Source: Eledone cirrhosa (lineage: Eukaryota). From it: DNA of 64,000 bases. The DNA is taken from the NCBI GenBank assembly GCA_964016885.1, contig OZ024759.1:30132001-30196000 (forward strand), written 5' to 3'. Under the pieces are notes generated by a model. The model made no database searches. It had not been told where the DNA came from and was given only the letters and a program-made list of their open reading frames with translations. Made by a program: the position numbers and the translations under genes. Positions 1 through 11,580 of the stretch are shown one piece after another. Within the stretch, counting starts at the first letter, position 1, and each line of letters starts with the position of its first letter.

Positions 1-231
1 AAACAGATGAAGCATGAGAATGCAGAAATAAGCTTGTCTGTAGATAAGGAAGAAATATATTTAAGTATACGTTTACAGCATATGACTTGCTTGTGAGAGA
101 CAGAAAGGACACAATATTGTTCCCATTTTCACTCGCTTTTCTCTCTTACAGAATAAAAGAGCGAATCACATCGCTTTTATTTGAGAAAAAAAAAAGAAAC
201 TGTTTAGTGGATAAAAGAAAATCAAAAAGCC

Positions 232-2091
232 ATGAAAAAGAAATTTTACATTCAATTTTTCTGTATCTTTCTTGTAATAATGTTTGGCCTATTATACAGC
301 AGGTGGTCCAGGCTGTCTATTAGAAGAACTTCTAAAGTATCTTTTAAGTCTACAAACAGCTCTATTTCCAATAAGTACCCATCAGAAAAGAGACCCGATA
401 ACCTACCAAAGGAAGAGTTGGGAAATGTGGTTAATGAATATCTAATTCATACAATTGGCTGTAAAATACCAGTAATTAATACATCTGATATAATGTTTAA
501 CATTCATCGCAAACCTTTTAAATGTCCTGGTCCACCAAGGCTTACTGTAGTTAATGGTACAACGTTGTACGTAAATCAGTCAATTGAAAAGGTTTATTAC
601 TTGAATAAAATTAAACATTGTAAGAAATGGAATATTAAACGATCTAATAACGACAATAAAATAGTTTATGACGGTCCGATTGTCTTTCGTAAGGAAACGA
701 AACTTGATGCAGAATTCTGTATGATAGAATGTGTAGGAGTGAACAATTCCGTGTTATACACAGATTTCCACAGTCGTATCATCAGTAGTGAAAACGTTGT
801 GAAGAAATTACAATCTCAGTCTGCAAAAAAAAATGAAGATACACCACTGAGTATCCTTCTATTTGGAATTGATTCAACATCTCGCAATAGCTTCTCTCGA
901 CAGTTGCCTCGTTTAGAGAAGTTTCTTCTTGAAAAACTTAACGCATATTCATTTCCTGGATTAACAAGAGTCGGAAAAAATACTCTACCTAATATGATCT
1001 CAATGTTCACTGGAAAATATTTGAATGAAATTGGAATAAATCACAAGACTGTTTTTGACTCGGTAGACTTAATCTGGAAAAATTACAGTTCTCAAAACGC
1101 AATAACTTTTTTTTCCGAGGACAAGCCACATATTAGTATCTTTAATTTCTTTCGCCCTGGTTTTAGTGAAATACCGACTGATTTTTATATTCGACCATTT
1201 ACTCTCGCGATTAAAAAAAAGAGACAACCTAATTCCTGTGCGGGTCCTCTTACAGAAGCAGAACATGTTCTTCAATATACAAGACAGTTTTTAAAACACT
1301 ATGAGTTATCATTTTATTTCGCATTCACGTTTCTAACACAATGGTCACATGATGACTTGACTGGAACAGCTAAATGGGAGGAAAAGCTTTTGGACTTTTT
1401 TCAGTGGCTTTCGAGGTCGAAAATACTCAACAATACTTTAGTGTTTTTCTTTGGGGACCACGGTTTTCGAATGGGGGGGTATCGAACATCCCTTCCAGGA
1501 AGTCACGAAGTAAACTTACCTTTTTCATTTCTCATTCTCCCAGAATGGATGAAGATTAAACATAAATCAAAAGCCGATTCTCTCGTAGTAAACCAAAATC
1601 GACTGGTAACATTTTTCGATGTTCACGCCACTCTCTCTGACAATTTGAACGTAAGTCCTCGAATAATGAAGGCTGAAAGAGGTATCAGTCTTATGTCACC
1701 GATTCCAAGTAACAGAACATGTAAGTCAGCAGGAATTCCGGCTGGATATTGTGAGTGTTTTTCATCGAGAGAATATCTAAGTGTAAAGGATGGGAAGGTG
1801 GTCCAAGCAGCCACGACTGTTGTGAAATCATTAAATAAACGTTTACAAAGATACAAGGCGAAACATTGTGCCAATATGACATTGGAAAAGACAATACGTG
1901 CTTTTAAACATGGTGCTCGATATTCTGTGACGTTACAGGTGTCTCCAAGTAAGGGAATTTTCCAATGTCATCTAATAAGTAGGCATGAGACGTTCGACAT
2001 AATAGGAGACATTCTTAGAATCAACATATATGGTAACCAGTCCCATTGTGTGAAACACCCTCAACTGATACCAGTTTGTTTCTGTGTGTAA
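232..2091 (+). CDS. DUF229-family protein (alkaline phosphatase/sulfatase-like fold), type II membrane, copy 1
   Basis: 619-aa intronless ORF. It has an N-terminal basic plus hydrophobic anchor, motifs GIDSTSR, GKNTLPN, SHDD and FFGDHG, an RTC..AGIP..YCEC motif and a C-terminal CFCV. A splice acceptor (ttttctctcttacag) ends at 151 in the 5' UTR. Confidence 0.9.
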   Translation: MKKKFYIQFFCIFLVIMFGLLYSRWSRLSIRRTSKVSFKSTNSSISNKYPSEKRPDNLPKEELGNVVNEYLIHTIGCKIPVINTSDIMFNIHRKPFKCPGPPRLTVVNGTTLYVNQSIEKVYYLNKIKHCKKWNIKRSNNDNKIVYDGPIVFRKETKLDAEFCMIECVGVNNSVLYTDFHSRIISSENVVKKLQSQSAKKNEDTPLSILLFGIDSTSRNSFSRQLPRLEKFLLEKLNAYSFPGLTRVGKNTLPNMISMFTGKYLNEIGINHKTVFDSVDLIWKNYSSQNAITFFSEDKPHISIFNFFRPGFSEIPTDFYIRPFTLAIKKKRQPNSCAGPLTEAEHVLQYTRQFLKHYELSFYFAFTFLTQWSHDDLTGTAKWEEKLLDFFQWLSRSKILNNTLVFFFGDHGFRMGGYRTSLPGSHEVNLPFSFLILPEWMKIKHKSKADSLVVNQNRLVTFFDVHATLSDNLNVSPRIMKAERGISLMSPIPSNRTCKSAGIPAGYCECFSSREYLSVKDGKVVQAATTVVKSLNKRLQRYKAKHCANMTLEKTIRAFKHGARYSVTLQVSPSKGIFQCHLISRHETFDIIGDILRINIYGNQSHCVKHPQLIPVCFCV

Positions 2092-3425
2092 AGACTTGAT
2101 ATCCCTTTGTCGTCTGTATACTTAATCCTATTAAATATATTCTTGATAATTTATTATCTAAAACTAACGAGAGATATCGATGTCATTAATCTTAATAAAA
2201 TACATGATTATATCAATCTATTTAAAAAAAAAGTCATACCTATATCTGACAATTATCTGTCAAGTGTAATAGAATTTATGATTCCTGTTACAACCGACCA
2301 TATACCGACTGTTACCTGCTACACCATACCATACAACGACTGTTAAAAAATATAATTTTTTTTTTTTTTGTCGTCTAATATATTTATTGGTTTACTAATG
2401 TTTTTCTTTTTAATTACATAATTTAAGAATCTTTTAAATGTTTCTTCTGGCAGTATATAATGGTATATCATTGCATGATATACCATTATCAATAATTATT
2501 AATTAATTCTATCGTGCAATGCCTCTGTGTGAAGATTTTTTAAAGTGAGGTAAGACTGTCCACTGAGCCAATACCACTCTCTGTTTCGATAGTAGCTATA
2601 ACCGGAAATGAAGAAAAGGTCAACATCATCGGTAACTACTAAGCCGCAGGTTTTATATCGGAGTTATGCCAGTTTCCTGAGTTGCCTTCTCCTAGAAGAA
2701 TGCCCTGACAAAGGCTAGGGGTCCTTCACTCCCAGTGGTTTAACCGCGCGATCGGGTATCCAGCCATACATACATACATAGAAGTGAGTGGAAAATGTGT
2801 TCCAATGGTGAGATTCTGGATATTGTGACACGGTAAATTCCTACTAATTTATAACACGCTTGTGTATTTGTCCGTCACAAGAGATGACTGGGGAAGGAAG
2901 GGCGATGGAAAACTGAGGAAGGATGGGGTGATACCGTAGATTAAGGAAGGAAGAGATGATAACGGCGAATGATAAAGAAAGGAGTGATAACGTCGACATA
3001 CGAAGGAAGGGTGGCAGCGTTCAATATTGCCTACATCTGTGTGTTTATATATATAGCGAATTAGATACACACATTGGCTGTTATGATTATGTCTGTGTTT
3101 ATGTGTGTGTATATGTGTGTTTGTGTAAATTACATTGATATATAATATTTGTGTGAGTGTATATGTGTTTGTGTGTGTTTATTTAGAAAGTTACATAGAC
3201 AATAGAATTACAAACACACACAAATTTACACATACATATATATATATGTATGTGTAATAACAATATATATATGTAATAACAATTTTGTCTAAGCGTGTCT
3301 GTTTATATATATATATGAGCTCAGCTGTCGGGGTCTTACTGGTTCCTATTACCCACTCTACTACCTCAAGTATTGAGTACTTTGGTGCGTTATGGTCCAC
3401 CTGGTTCCTTACCACATTTCCTTCG

Positions 3426-3499
<74 letters not shown>

Positions 3500-3734
3500 A
3501 GACACGCTTAGACAAAATTGTTATTACATACAAACACACATCTATGTGATAACTGAGGAAGGAGGGGCTGAGAATCTATAGAAGTCCAGCATTCTAAGAT
3601 TCGTCACAGCTGTGTGTTTGTATGTGTAGCGTTTTGGGCACACATATTGACTTTATTTTCATATTTGTATAACTTGTGTAATTTAGAGCCAAGAGACCAG
3701 CAAACAAACATACAAACAAACATCTTTTTATATT

Positions 3735-4388
3735 ATACTATCAGTGGTATAGGCGTGGCACGGGATAAGGTATTTTGGAACGCGGGCCGCCAACAGACCT
3801 AATCGTGGAAAAACTGCATGCCTGGACAATATGTAAAGAAAATAAACCGAATACTCTGATGGCTGGATAATCTTTAAGATTTTCCTCGATGAAACAGGAA
3901 AAATGCAGGTTTTCACCTAATGCGGGCCCTAGGGGATCAAGAGAATGAATTTTTTTATGTGCATTATATGCCTTGAAATTTCAGGGAAATCGGCTAGACA
4001 TTAACGCCTCAAAAAGCCCTAAAAAGCTGAAGAAATGAAGTGTTTCACCTAATGCGGGTCCTAAGCCATACAAAAAGTTGGACTTTCGTTGCTCACGGTA
4101 TGAAGAAGAGACTGACTAATACATAGTTACAATTTCAAGGAAATCGGTCTGACGTAACACCACAAAGAACCCCTAAAAAGCTGTAAAAAAACGCAGTTTT
4201 TCACCTAATGCTAGCCCTAGAGGATAAAAAGGTTGAATCTGTTATGTGCATAACACTCCTTGAAACATAAGTAATACACATGTAAAGTTTGAAAAAAGTC
4301 GGTTGGGTACTTCTCGAGTTTTAGGGATTCAAACAGACAGACACACACAGACACACAGACAGACATCGTCAGTTTTATATATATAGTT
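3735..4388 (-). mobile_element. Non-autonomous Helitron-like (DINE/HINE-type) element
   Basis: The minus strand starts CTATATATATAAAACTG followed by (GTCT/GT)n and ends in a GC-rich hairpin with a degenerate CTAG-like end. Internal ~135-bp subrepeats contain ttttcacctaatgcgggccctag. Confidence 0.65.
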
Positions 4389-5627
4389 ATAGATAATACA
4401 ATTAGCCATCCTTATTGTCGGCACTGTGAAAATATAGAATGTATTGGCCAATGAAAAGTGATAATACGACGGTGGGCGTATTTCTAAGCCGAGGTAATAC
4501 AATTTACAGATGTTTAAAAACTAATACGGAAAGGGAAATATATTTATGTGGAGGGGGTATAGATTGAAAAACTAAAGAAATGAAAGAAATAGAACACGTT
4601 GATGAGTCTCTCTCTCTCTCTCTCTCTCACTCTCTCTGTGTATGTGTAAAGTAAGAAAGTAGGAGTGAGTGAAATCAAAATACATTGAGAGCGAGAGGAC
4701 GATGTGAATCTCAGCTTCACAATGACATCTGTCCCTCTCTCATCGCTTATATATATATAAATTCGTTGAACCAGATATATTGTATTTTAATTATGTCACC
4801 AAATATATATACATATACACACCCTCCCGCAGACTTAGATATATATATAAGCAATCATAGTCACCACAATTTCCAAATCGTTATCGACTTTCCTGCATAT
4901 ATCACTGTTGTAGCTGATTATACACAACTGGTCCTACAGTCTGAGTGCTCAAAACACGTGGATATTGATACATACATACAAACATACATGAGTAGATTAA
5001 ATTTAACTACGTTGTCTAAAGTAATGGTTGGATATGACGTCCTCTACGAAGCCATGAGCTCCTCAGTTTGACCCAGCGGCGTGGCATTCAAGCTAAGTGT
5101 TTTTATCATAACCTCAAGTGATCCCAAACCTTGTAAGATTACCCAGAACGGAGAATTAATAGAGATTTATTATTCAAAGATCCATCAATTGTCATACATT
5201 TCTTCTCACAGAATCTCCTTGAGAATTATCTTAAGGGATATGTATCTCTGGAGTACATGGGCACATAATATTAATTAAAGAATTTTACGTCCATTAATCT
5301 AACAACTAAAGTTTGACCGTCGAGACCAACGGAAGACCCATCATGTGAACTAAGTTATCCAACAGTAGCAGGTATACATAAAAGACGAGGTAGGTATTGC
5401 TTACTTTATATAAATTATTTATTTAATCTTTATCTAAACTTTTCAATCTATTGTTTCATAATTTCATAGAACACTAGTGGAATAAATATATTGTCCTTGA
5501 ATAAAGCCAACATTTTGGAATAATATTGGACATTAATAATGGCAAAACATTTCTTTGGAATCTATTAGATTATGTGTTGTTACCCCTATGAGACACGACT
5601 GCCTTTCAAATAAACAGCCAACATTTG

Positions 5628-5980
5628 AAAGGGATGGTATCACTGTATGAGGTTACTGTCCCTCAAAGAGATGGTATCACTGTATGAGGTTACTGTCCCT
5701 CAAAGAGATGGTATTACTGTGTGAGGTTACTGTCCCTCAAAGAGATGGTATTACTGTGTGAGGTTACTGTCCCTCAAAGAGATGGTATGACTGTGAGGTT
5801 ACTGTCCCTCAAAGGTATGGTACAACAGTGTGAGGGTCCTCCCCCTCAATGAGATGGTAAAACTGTATGAGGCTATTGTCCCTCAAAGAGCTGGTATCCC
5901 TGTGTAAGGCTACTGACTCTCGAAGTGAAGGTATACCTGCGTGAGGCCACTGTCCCTTAACGAGATGGTATCACTGTGTG
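5628..5980 (+). repeat. 37-bp minisatellite, about 9-10 units
   Basis: Unit agagatggtatcactgtatgaggttactgtccctcaa, degenerating towards the 3' end. Confidence 0.9.
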
Positions 5981-6149
5981 ATAGCACCAATCGTCTGCAT
6001 GCTGACTTCATGAGGAAGCTGAGAACCTGACGAGGGCTCTTCCCAATTCCAGTATAGTAGTAGGAACTGATATCCATGAGATATTCTGGGAAAAATACTG
6101 CTGTCATTAACTGTATATTCCCACATATTATTTATATATTACATATGCT

Positions 6150-6512
6150 GTATTTATCTTCCTATTCGTGGCTTACATATTCCTGAGAGGGTCGTGGGAA
6201 CAGCGTCCTTTATTACTCCCTCCAGCAGGTCAAATAAAAAGCAACCAAGTGAACAGACTGAATCCCTCAAGCAATACCAACCAAGCTCATGGATATTATC
6301 TAACCATCTCGAACTGGGACTACCCATGGGTATCCTACCAGTTGATTCTGCCCGGAATATCTGTCCAGCGACTCTTTTCAGAGATATTCTAACCTCATGC
6401 ACTTAGTGTCGGAGCTGTGATCTCTCAATTCGCAGATGTAGTGGCTATACCTGTAGCGCCTCCTGATTTGTGTGTTACACACTCTATCGAGTAACTTTAC
6501 CGCAAAGACGCT
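6150..6512. mobile_element. Interspersed repeat family (other copies 19640-19830, 20763-21200 inverted, 57598-57710)
   Basis: Shared core tctaaccacatg...ggagctgtgatctctcaattc.gagaagtagc.gctctacctgg. Confidence 0.7.
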
Positions 6513-7080
6513 TCGAATCAGGTTGAATATTTAATGTTCATGTTTTCTTAAACTAAAATGCTTTAATGTTCAACATATTTTAATATTCAGTCCATTTTGT
6601 TGCAGCCCCTATGATGCAAAGAAAATTGAAATATAAAAGGTCGCTTCTCTTAACTGAAAGCATATGAAGCTATAATTTGTAATATACATCTCAATGTTTT
6701 CTTTGCTGAAAGTTCATATATGATATTAAATTATGCTATGATCTAAATGTTATATGTAAAATTATTTAAAACCGACATTATTGAAAGACAAATAAACAAC
6801 AAGGAAATCAAGATTATCAAAGAATTCTATAAAATATCAAAAATATATCTAAACAGATGAAGCATGAGAATGCAGAAATAAGCTTGTCTGTAGATAAGGA
6901 AGAAATATATTTAAGTATACGTTTACAGCATATGACTTGCTTGTGAGAGACAGAAAGGACACAATATTGTTCCCATTTTCACTCGCTTTTCTCTCTTACA
7001 GAATAAAAGAGCGAATCACATCGCTTTTATTTGAGAAAAAAAAAGAAACTGTTTAGTGGATAAAAGAAAATCAAAAAGCC

Positions 7081-8940
7081 ATGAAAAAGAAATTTTACAT
7101 TCAATTTTTCTGTATCTTTCTTGTAATAATGTTTGGCCTATTATACAGCAGGTGGTCCAGGCTGTCTATTAGAAGAACTTCTAAAGTATCTTTTAAGTCT
7201 ACAAACAGCTCTATTTCCAATAAGTACCCATCAGAAAAGAGACCCGATAACCTACCAAAGGAAGAGTTGGGAAATGTGGTTAATGAATATCTAATTCATA
7301 CAATTGGCTGTAAAATACCAGTAATTAATACATCTGATATAATGTTTAACATTCATCGCAAACCTTTTAAATGTCCTGGTCCACCAAGGCTTACTGTAGT
7401 TAATGGTACAACGTTGTACGTAAATCAGTCAATTGAAAAGGTTTATTACTTGAATAAAATTAAACATTGTAAGAAATGGAATATTAAACGATCTAATAAC
7501 GACAATAAAATAGTTTATGACGGTCCGATTGTCTTTCGTAAGGAAACGAAACTTGATGCAGAATTCTGTATGATAGAATGTGTAGGAGTGAACAATTCCG
7601 TGTTATACACAGATTTCCACAGTCGTATCATCAGTAGTGAAAACGTTGTGAAGAAATTACAATCTCAGTCTGCAAAAAAAAATGAAGATACACCACTGAG
7701 TATCCTTCTATTTGGAATTGATTCAACATCTCGCAATAGCTTCTCTCGACAGTTGCCTCGTTTAGAGAAGTTTCTTCTTGAAAAACTTAACGCATATTCA
7801 TTTCCTGGATTAACAAGAGTCGGAAAAAATACTCTACCTAATATGATCTCAATGTTCACTGGAAAATATTTGAATGAAATTGGAATAAATCACAAGAATG
7901 TTTTTGACTCGGTAGACTTAATCTGGAAAAATTACAGTTCTCAAAACGCAATAACTTTTTTTTCAGAGGACAAGCCACATATTAGTACCTTTAATTACTT
8001 GCGCCCTGGTTTTAGTGAAATACCGACTGATTTTTATATTCGACCATTTACTCTCGCGATTAACAAAAAGAGACATCCTAATTCCTGTGCGGGTCCTCTT
8101 ACAGAAGCAGAACATGTTCTTCAATATACAAGACAGTTTTTAAAACACTATGAGTTATCATTTTATTTCGCATTCACGTTTCTAACACAATGGTCACATG
8201 ATGACTTGACTGGAACAGCTAAATGGGAGGAAAAGCTTTTGGACTTTTTTCAGTGGCTTTCGAGGTCGAAAATACTCAACAATACTTTAGTGTTTTTCTT
8301 TGGGGACCACGGTTTTCGAATGGGGGGGTATCGAACATCCCTTCCAGGAAGTCACGAAGTAAACTTACCTTTTTCATTTCTCATTCTCCCAGAATGGATG
8401 AAGATTAAACATAAATCAAAAGCCGATTCTCTCGTAGTAAACCAAAAGCGACTGGTAACATTTTTCGATGTTCACGCCACTCTCTCTGACAATTTGAACG
8501 TAAGTCCTCGAATAATGAAGGCTGAAAGAGGTATCAGTCTTATGTCACCGATTCCAAGTAACAGAACATGTAAGTCAGCAGGAATTCCGGCTGGATATTG
8601 TGAGTGTTTTTCATCGAGAGAATATCTAAGTGTAAAGGATGGGAAGGTGGTCCAAGCAGCCACGACTGTTGTGAAATCATTAAATAAACGTTTACAAAGA
8701 TACAAGGCGAAACATTGTGCCAATATGACATTGGAAAAGACAATACGTGCTTTTAAACATGGTGCTCGATATTCTGTGACGTTACAGGTGTCTCCAAGTA
8801 AGGGAATTTTCCAATGTCATCTAATAAGTAGGGATGAGACGTTCGACATAATAGGAGACATTCTTAGAATCAACAGATATGGTAACCAGTCCCATTGTGT
8901 GAAACATCCTCGTCTGATACCAGTTTGTTTCTGTGTGTAA
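7081..8940 (+). CDS. DUF229-family protein, copy 2
   Basis: 619-aa ORF with the same motifs, differing from copy 1 at 10 residues. Confidence 0.9.
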   Translation: MKKKFYIQFFCIFLVIMFGLLYSRWSRLSIRRTSKVSFKSTNSSISNKYPSEKRPDNLPKEELGNVVNEYLIHTIGCKIPVINTSDIMFNIHRKPFKCPGPPRLTVVNGTTLYVNQSIEKVYYLNKIKHCKKWNIKRSNNDNKIVYDGPIVFRKETKLDAEFCMIECVGVNNSVLYTDFHSRIISSENVVKKLQSQSAKKNEDTPLSILLFGIDSTSRNSFSRQLPRLEKFLLEKLNAYSFPGLTRVGKNTLPNMISMFTGKYLNEIGINHKNVFDSVDLIWKNYSSQNAITFFSEDKPHISTFNYLRPGFSEIPTDFYIRPFTLAINKKRHPNSCAGPLTEAEHVLQYTRQFLKHYELSFYFAFTFLTQWSHDDLTGTAKWEEKLLDFFQWLSRSKILNNTLVFFFGDHGFRMGGYRTSLPGSHEVNLPFSFLILPEWMKIKHKSKADSLVVNQKRLVTFFDVHATLSDNLNVSPRIMKAERGISLMSPIPSNRTCKSAGIPAGYCECFSSREYLSVKDGKVVQAATTVVKSLNKRLQRYKAKHCANMTLEKTIRAFKHGARYSVTLQVSPSKGIFQCHLISRDETFDIIGDILRINRYGNQSHCVKHPRLIPVCFCV

Positions 8941-9913
8941 AGACTTGATATCCCTTTGTCGTCTGTATACTTAATCCTATTAAATATATTCTTGATAATT
9001 ACCTATCTAAAACTAATTAATCTTAATATAATACATGATTATATCGATCTATTTTAAAAATACATAAATACATGATAGTTGCCCCCTCGTTATTGAGTAT
9101 GGCCATTGCATGATATACCATTATCAATAATTATTAATTAATTCTATCGTACAATGCCTCTGCGTGAAGATATTTTTAAAGTGAGGTAAGACTGTCCACT
9201 GAGCCAATACCACTCTCTGTTTCGACAGTAGCTATAACCGGAAATGAAGAAAAGATCAACATCATCGGTAACTACTAAGCCGCAGGTTTTATATCGGAGT
9301 TATCCCAGTTTCCTGAGTTGCCTTCTCCTAGAAGAATGCCCTGACAAAGGCTAGGGCTCCTTCATTCCTGAATGGTTTAACCGCGCGATCGGGTATACAT
9401 ACATACATACATACATACATACATACATACATACATACATACATACATACATACATACATGATGGCTAACCCCTCGTTTTCGAGTATGGCCATTGCACGA
9501 GAAGAAAAAAAAAAAAAAAATAAAAATAAAAAGAAAAAAAAAAGAAATGTATATATATATATATATATATACATATACATACACATATACACACACACAC
9601 ACACTCACACACACATATACACACACATACATTAATAACAACAATAATAATAATAATAATAATAATAACAACAATAATAATAACGACAACAACAATAACA
9701 TACATACATACATACATACAAGTGAGTGGGAAATGTGTTCCAATGGTGAGATTCTGGATATTGTGACACGGTAAATACCAACTAATATATAAAACGCTTG
9801 TGTATTTGTCCGTCACAAGAGATGACTGGGGAAGGAAGGACGATGGCAAACTGAGGAAGGAAGGGGTGATAACGGCGAATGATAAACACATATACAGTCA
9901 CACAAATATTATA

Positions 9914-10830
9914 TACTAGCAGTGGTACCCGGCGTTGCAAGGGATAAGGTATTTTGGAACGCGGGCCGCCAACAGATCTAATCGTGGAAAAACTGCATGC
10001 CTGGACAATATGTAAAGGAAATAAACCGAATACTCTGATAGCTGGATAATTTTAAAGATTTTCCTCGATGAAACAGGACAAATGCAGGTTTTCACCTAAT
10101 GCGGGCCCTAGGGAATCAAGAAAATAATTTTTTTTTATGTGCATAATATGCCTTGAAATTTCGGGAAATCGGCTAGTCGTAACGCTTCAAAAAGCCCTAA
10201 ATAGCTGAAAAAATGAAGTTTTTCACCTAATGCGGGCCCTAAGCCATAAAAAAGTAGGATTTTCGTTGTTCACGGTATGAAGAAGAGACTAACTAATACA
10301 TAGTTACAATTTCAAGGAAATCGGTCTGACGTAACGCCACAAAGAACCCCTAAAAACCTAAAATGCTGAAAAACGCAGTTTTTCACCTAATGCAGGCCCT
10401 AGGGGATCAAAAGTTGTGAATCTTTTATGTGCATAACACTCCCTGAAACATAAGTAATATACATGTAAAGTTTGAAAAAAGTCGGTTGGGTATTTCTCGA
10501 GTTGTAGGGATTCAAACTCACACACACACACACATCCTCAGGGAAGTGACGTAATGCAGACAGCCAAGCATACAGACAGATATTATAAGGGCACGACGTT
10601 ATATGTATGTATCTATCTATAAAGAGAAAGACTAAGAATTATAGAGAGAGATCGCTAAATCGCCTAATGCGGCCCCTAAGGTAATTACAAGTTGAAACAT
10701 TTTTTCCTCACAACACTCCCTGAAACATAAGTATTACATGTGTAAAGTTTGAAAACAGTCGGTTGGGTGTTTCTCGAGTTTTAGGGATTCAAACTCACAC
10801 AGACAGACATCCTCAGTTTTATATATATAG
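9914..10830 (-). mobile_element. Non-autonomous Helitron-like element (paralog of 3735-4388)
   Basis: Minus-strand 3' end reads CCCTTGCAACGCCGGGTACCACTGCTAGT. The 5' end is CTATATATATAAAACTGAGGATGTCTGTCTG. It carries an extra internal duplication. Confidence 0.7.
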
Positions 10831-11082
10831 GTATAGATAATACAATTAGCCGAGCTTATTGTCGGCACTGTGAAAATATAGATTGTATTGGCCAATGAAA
10901 CGTGATAATACGGCGGGGGGCGTGCGGATAGGGCGTATTTCTAAACTGATGAAATACAAATAACAGATGTTGCAAAACTAATACGGACATGAAAATATAT
11001 TTATGTGGAGGCGTTATAGATTGAAAAAACTAAAGAAATGAAAGAAATAGAACACATTTATGATTCTCTCTCTCAATCGCTC

Positions 11083-11113
<31 letters not shown>

Positions 11114-11311
11114 TATATATATTTGTAACTGTTATATTGATGCTATGTATTTTTTTAAGCTGTATTACACGTACCCTCTCTATTGTATGTATTATATATT
11201 TTTCTAATGTTCTCAATATTAGGGTATAAATATTGAGTTTTGTCATATATTACTCACTACCATGACTGAATCTTAACCATCTACTATGTCAGGGTATGTC
11301 ATGCATCATCT

Positions 11312-11378
11312 TATTTTATCTGATGAGGACGTACTGTTGAACTTAACTCAGTACCCTTGAAATATGTATAATAAAATA
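11312..11378 (+). ncRNA. Minimal type-I hammerhead ribozyme in the PLE pseudo-LTR
   Basis: TATTTTAT CTGATGA [helix II GTACTG/CAGTAC] GAAA TATGTA TA ATAAAATA. Helix I pairs and loop 3 is near-palindromic. Confidence 0.8.
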
Positions 11379-11580
11379 TACTTGATCACAAGAATATATA
11401 TTTTGTTAATATTTTGAATCAATATTAATAACTCTGGAAAACATTTTACTGTTGAGTGCTTCCAATCTATTGTAAAACTCATTCTTTGATGTATTCATTG
11501 AACCTTGTTTAACTTTTATATATATAGTTCCCAGCAGGTTGAGCGCTTTTCTCTACAATAGATTGCATATTTAATAAATA

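Larger units (their letters stand above)
1..11075 (+). repeat. Tandem segmental duplication (1-~4640 matches 6851-~11075), offset about 6.85 kb
   Basis: Sequence at 1 recurs at 6851. CDS, 3' flank, Helitron-like element and downstream sequence (4390-4620 vs 10832-11075) are shared, with different insertions in the 3' flanks. Confidence 0.92.

Noticed and set aside
816-1894. Short antisense or alternative-frame ORFs within the DUF229 genes (and their copies at 7665-8743)
   Set aside because: Shadows of the main CDS, conserved only because the copies are nearly identical.
5628-5980. CRISPR-like 37-bp repeat (and the 45-bp repeat at 21.7 kb)
   Set aside because: Units are contiguous with no unique spacers, the context is eukaryotic and there are no cas genes.
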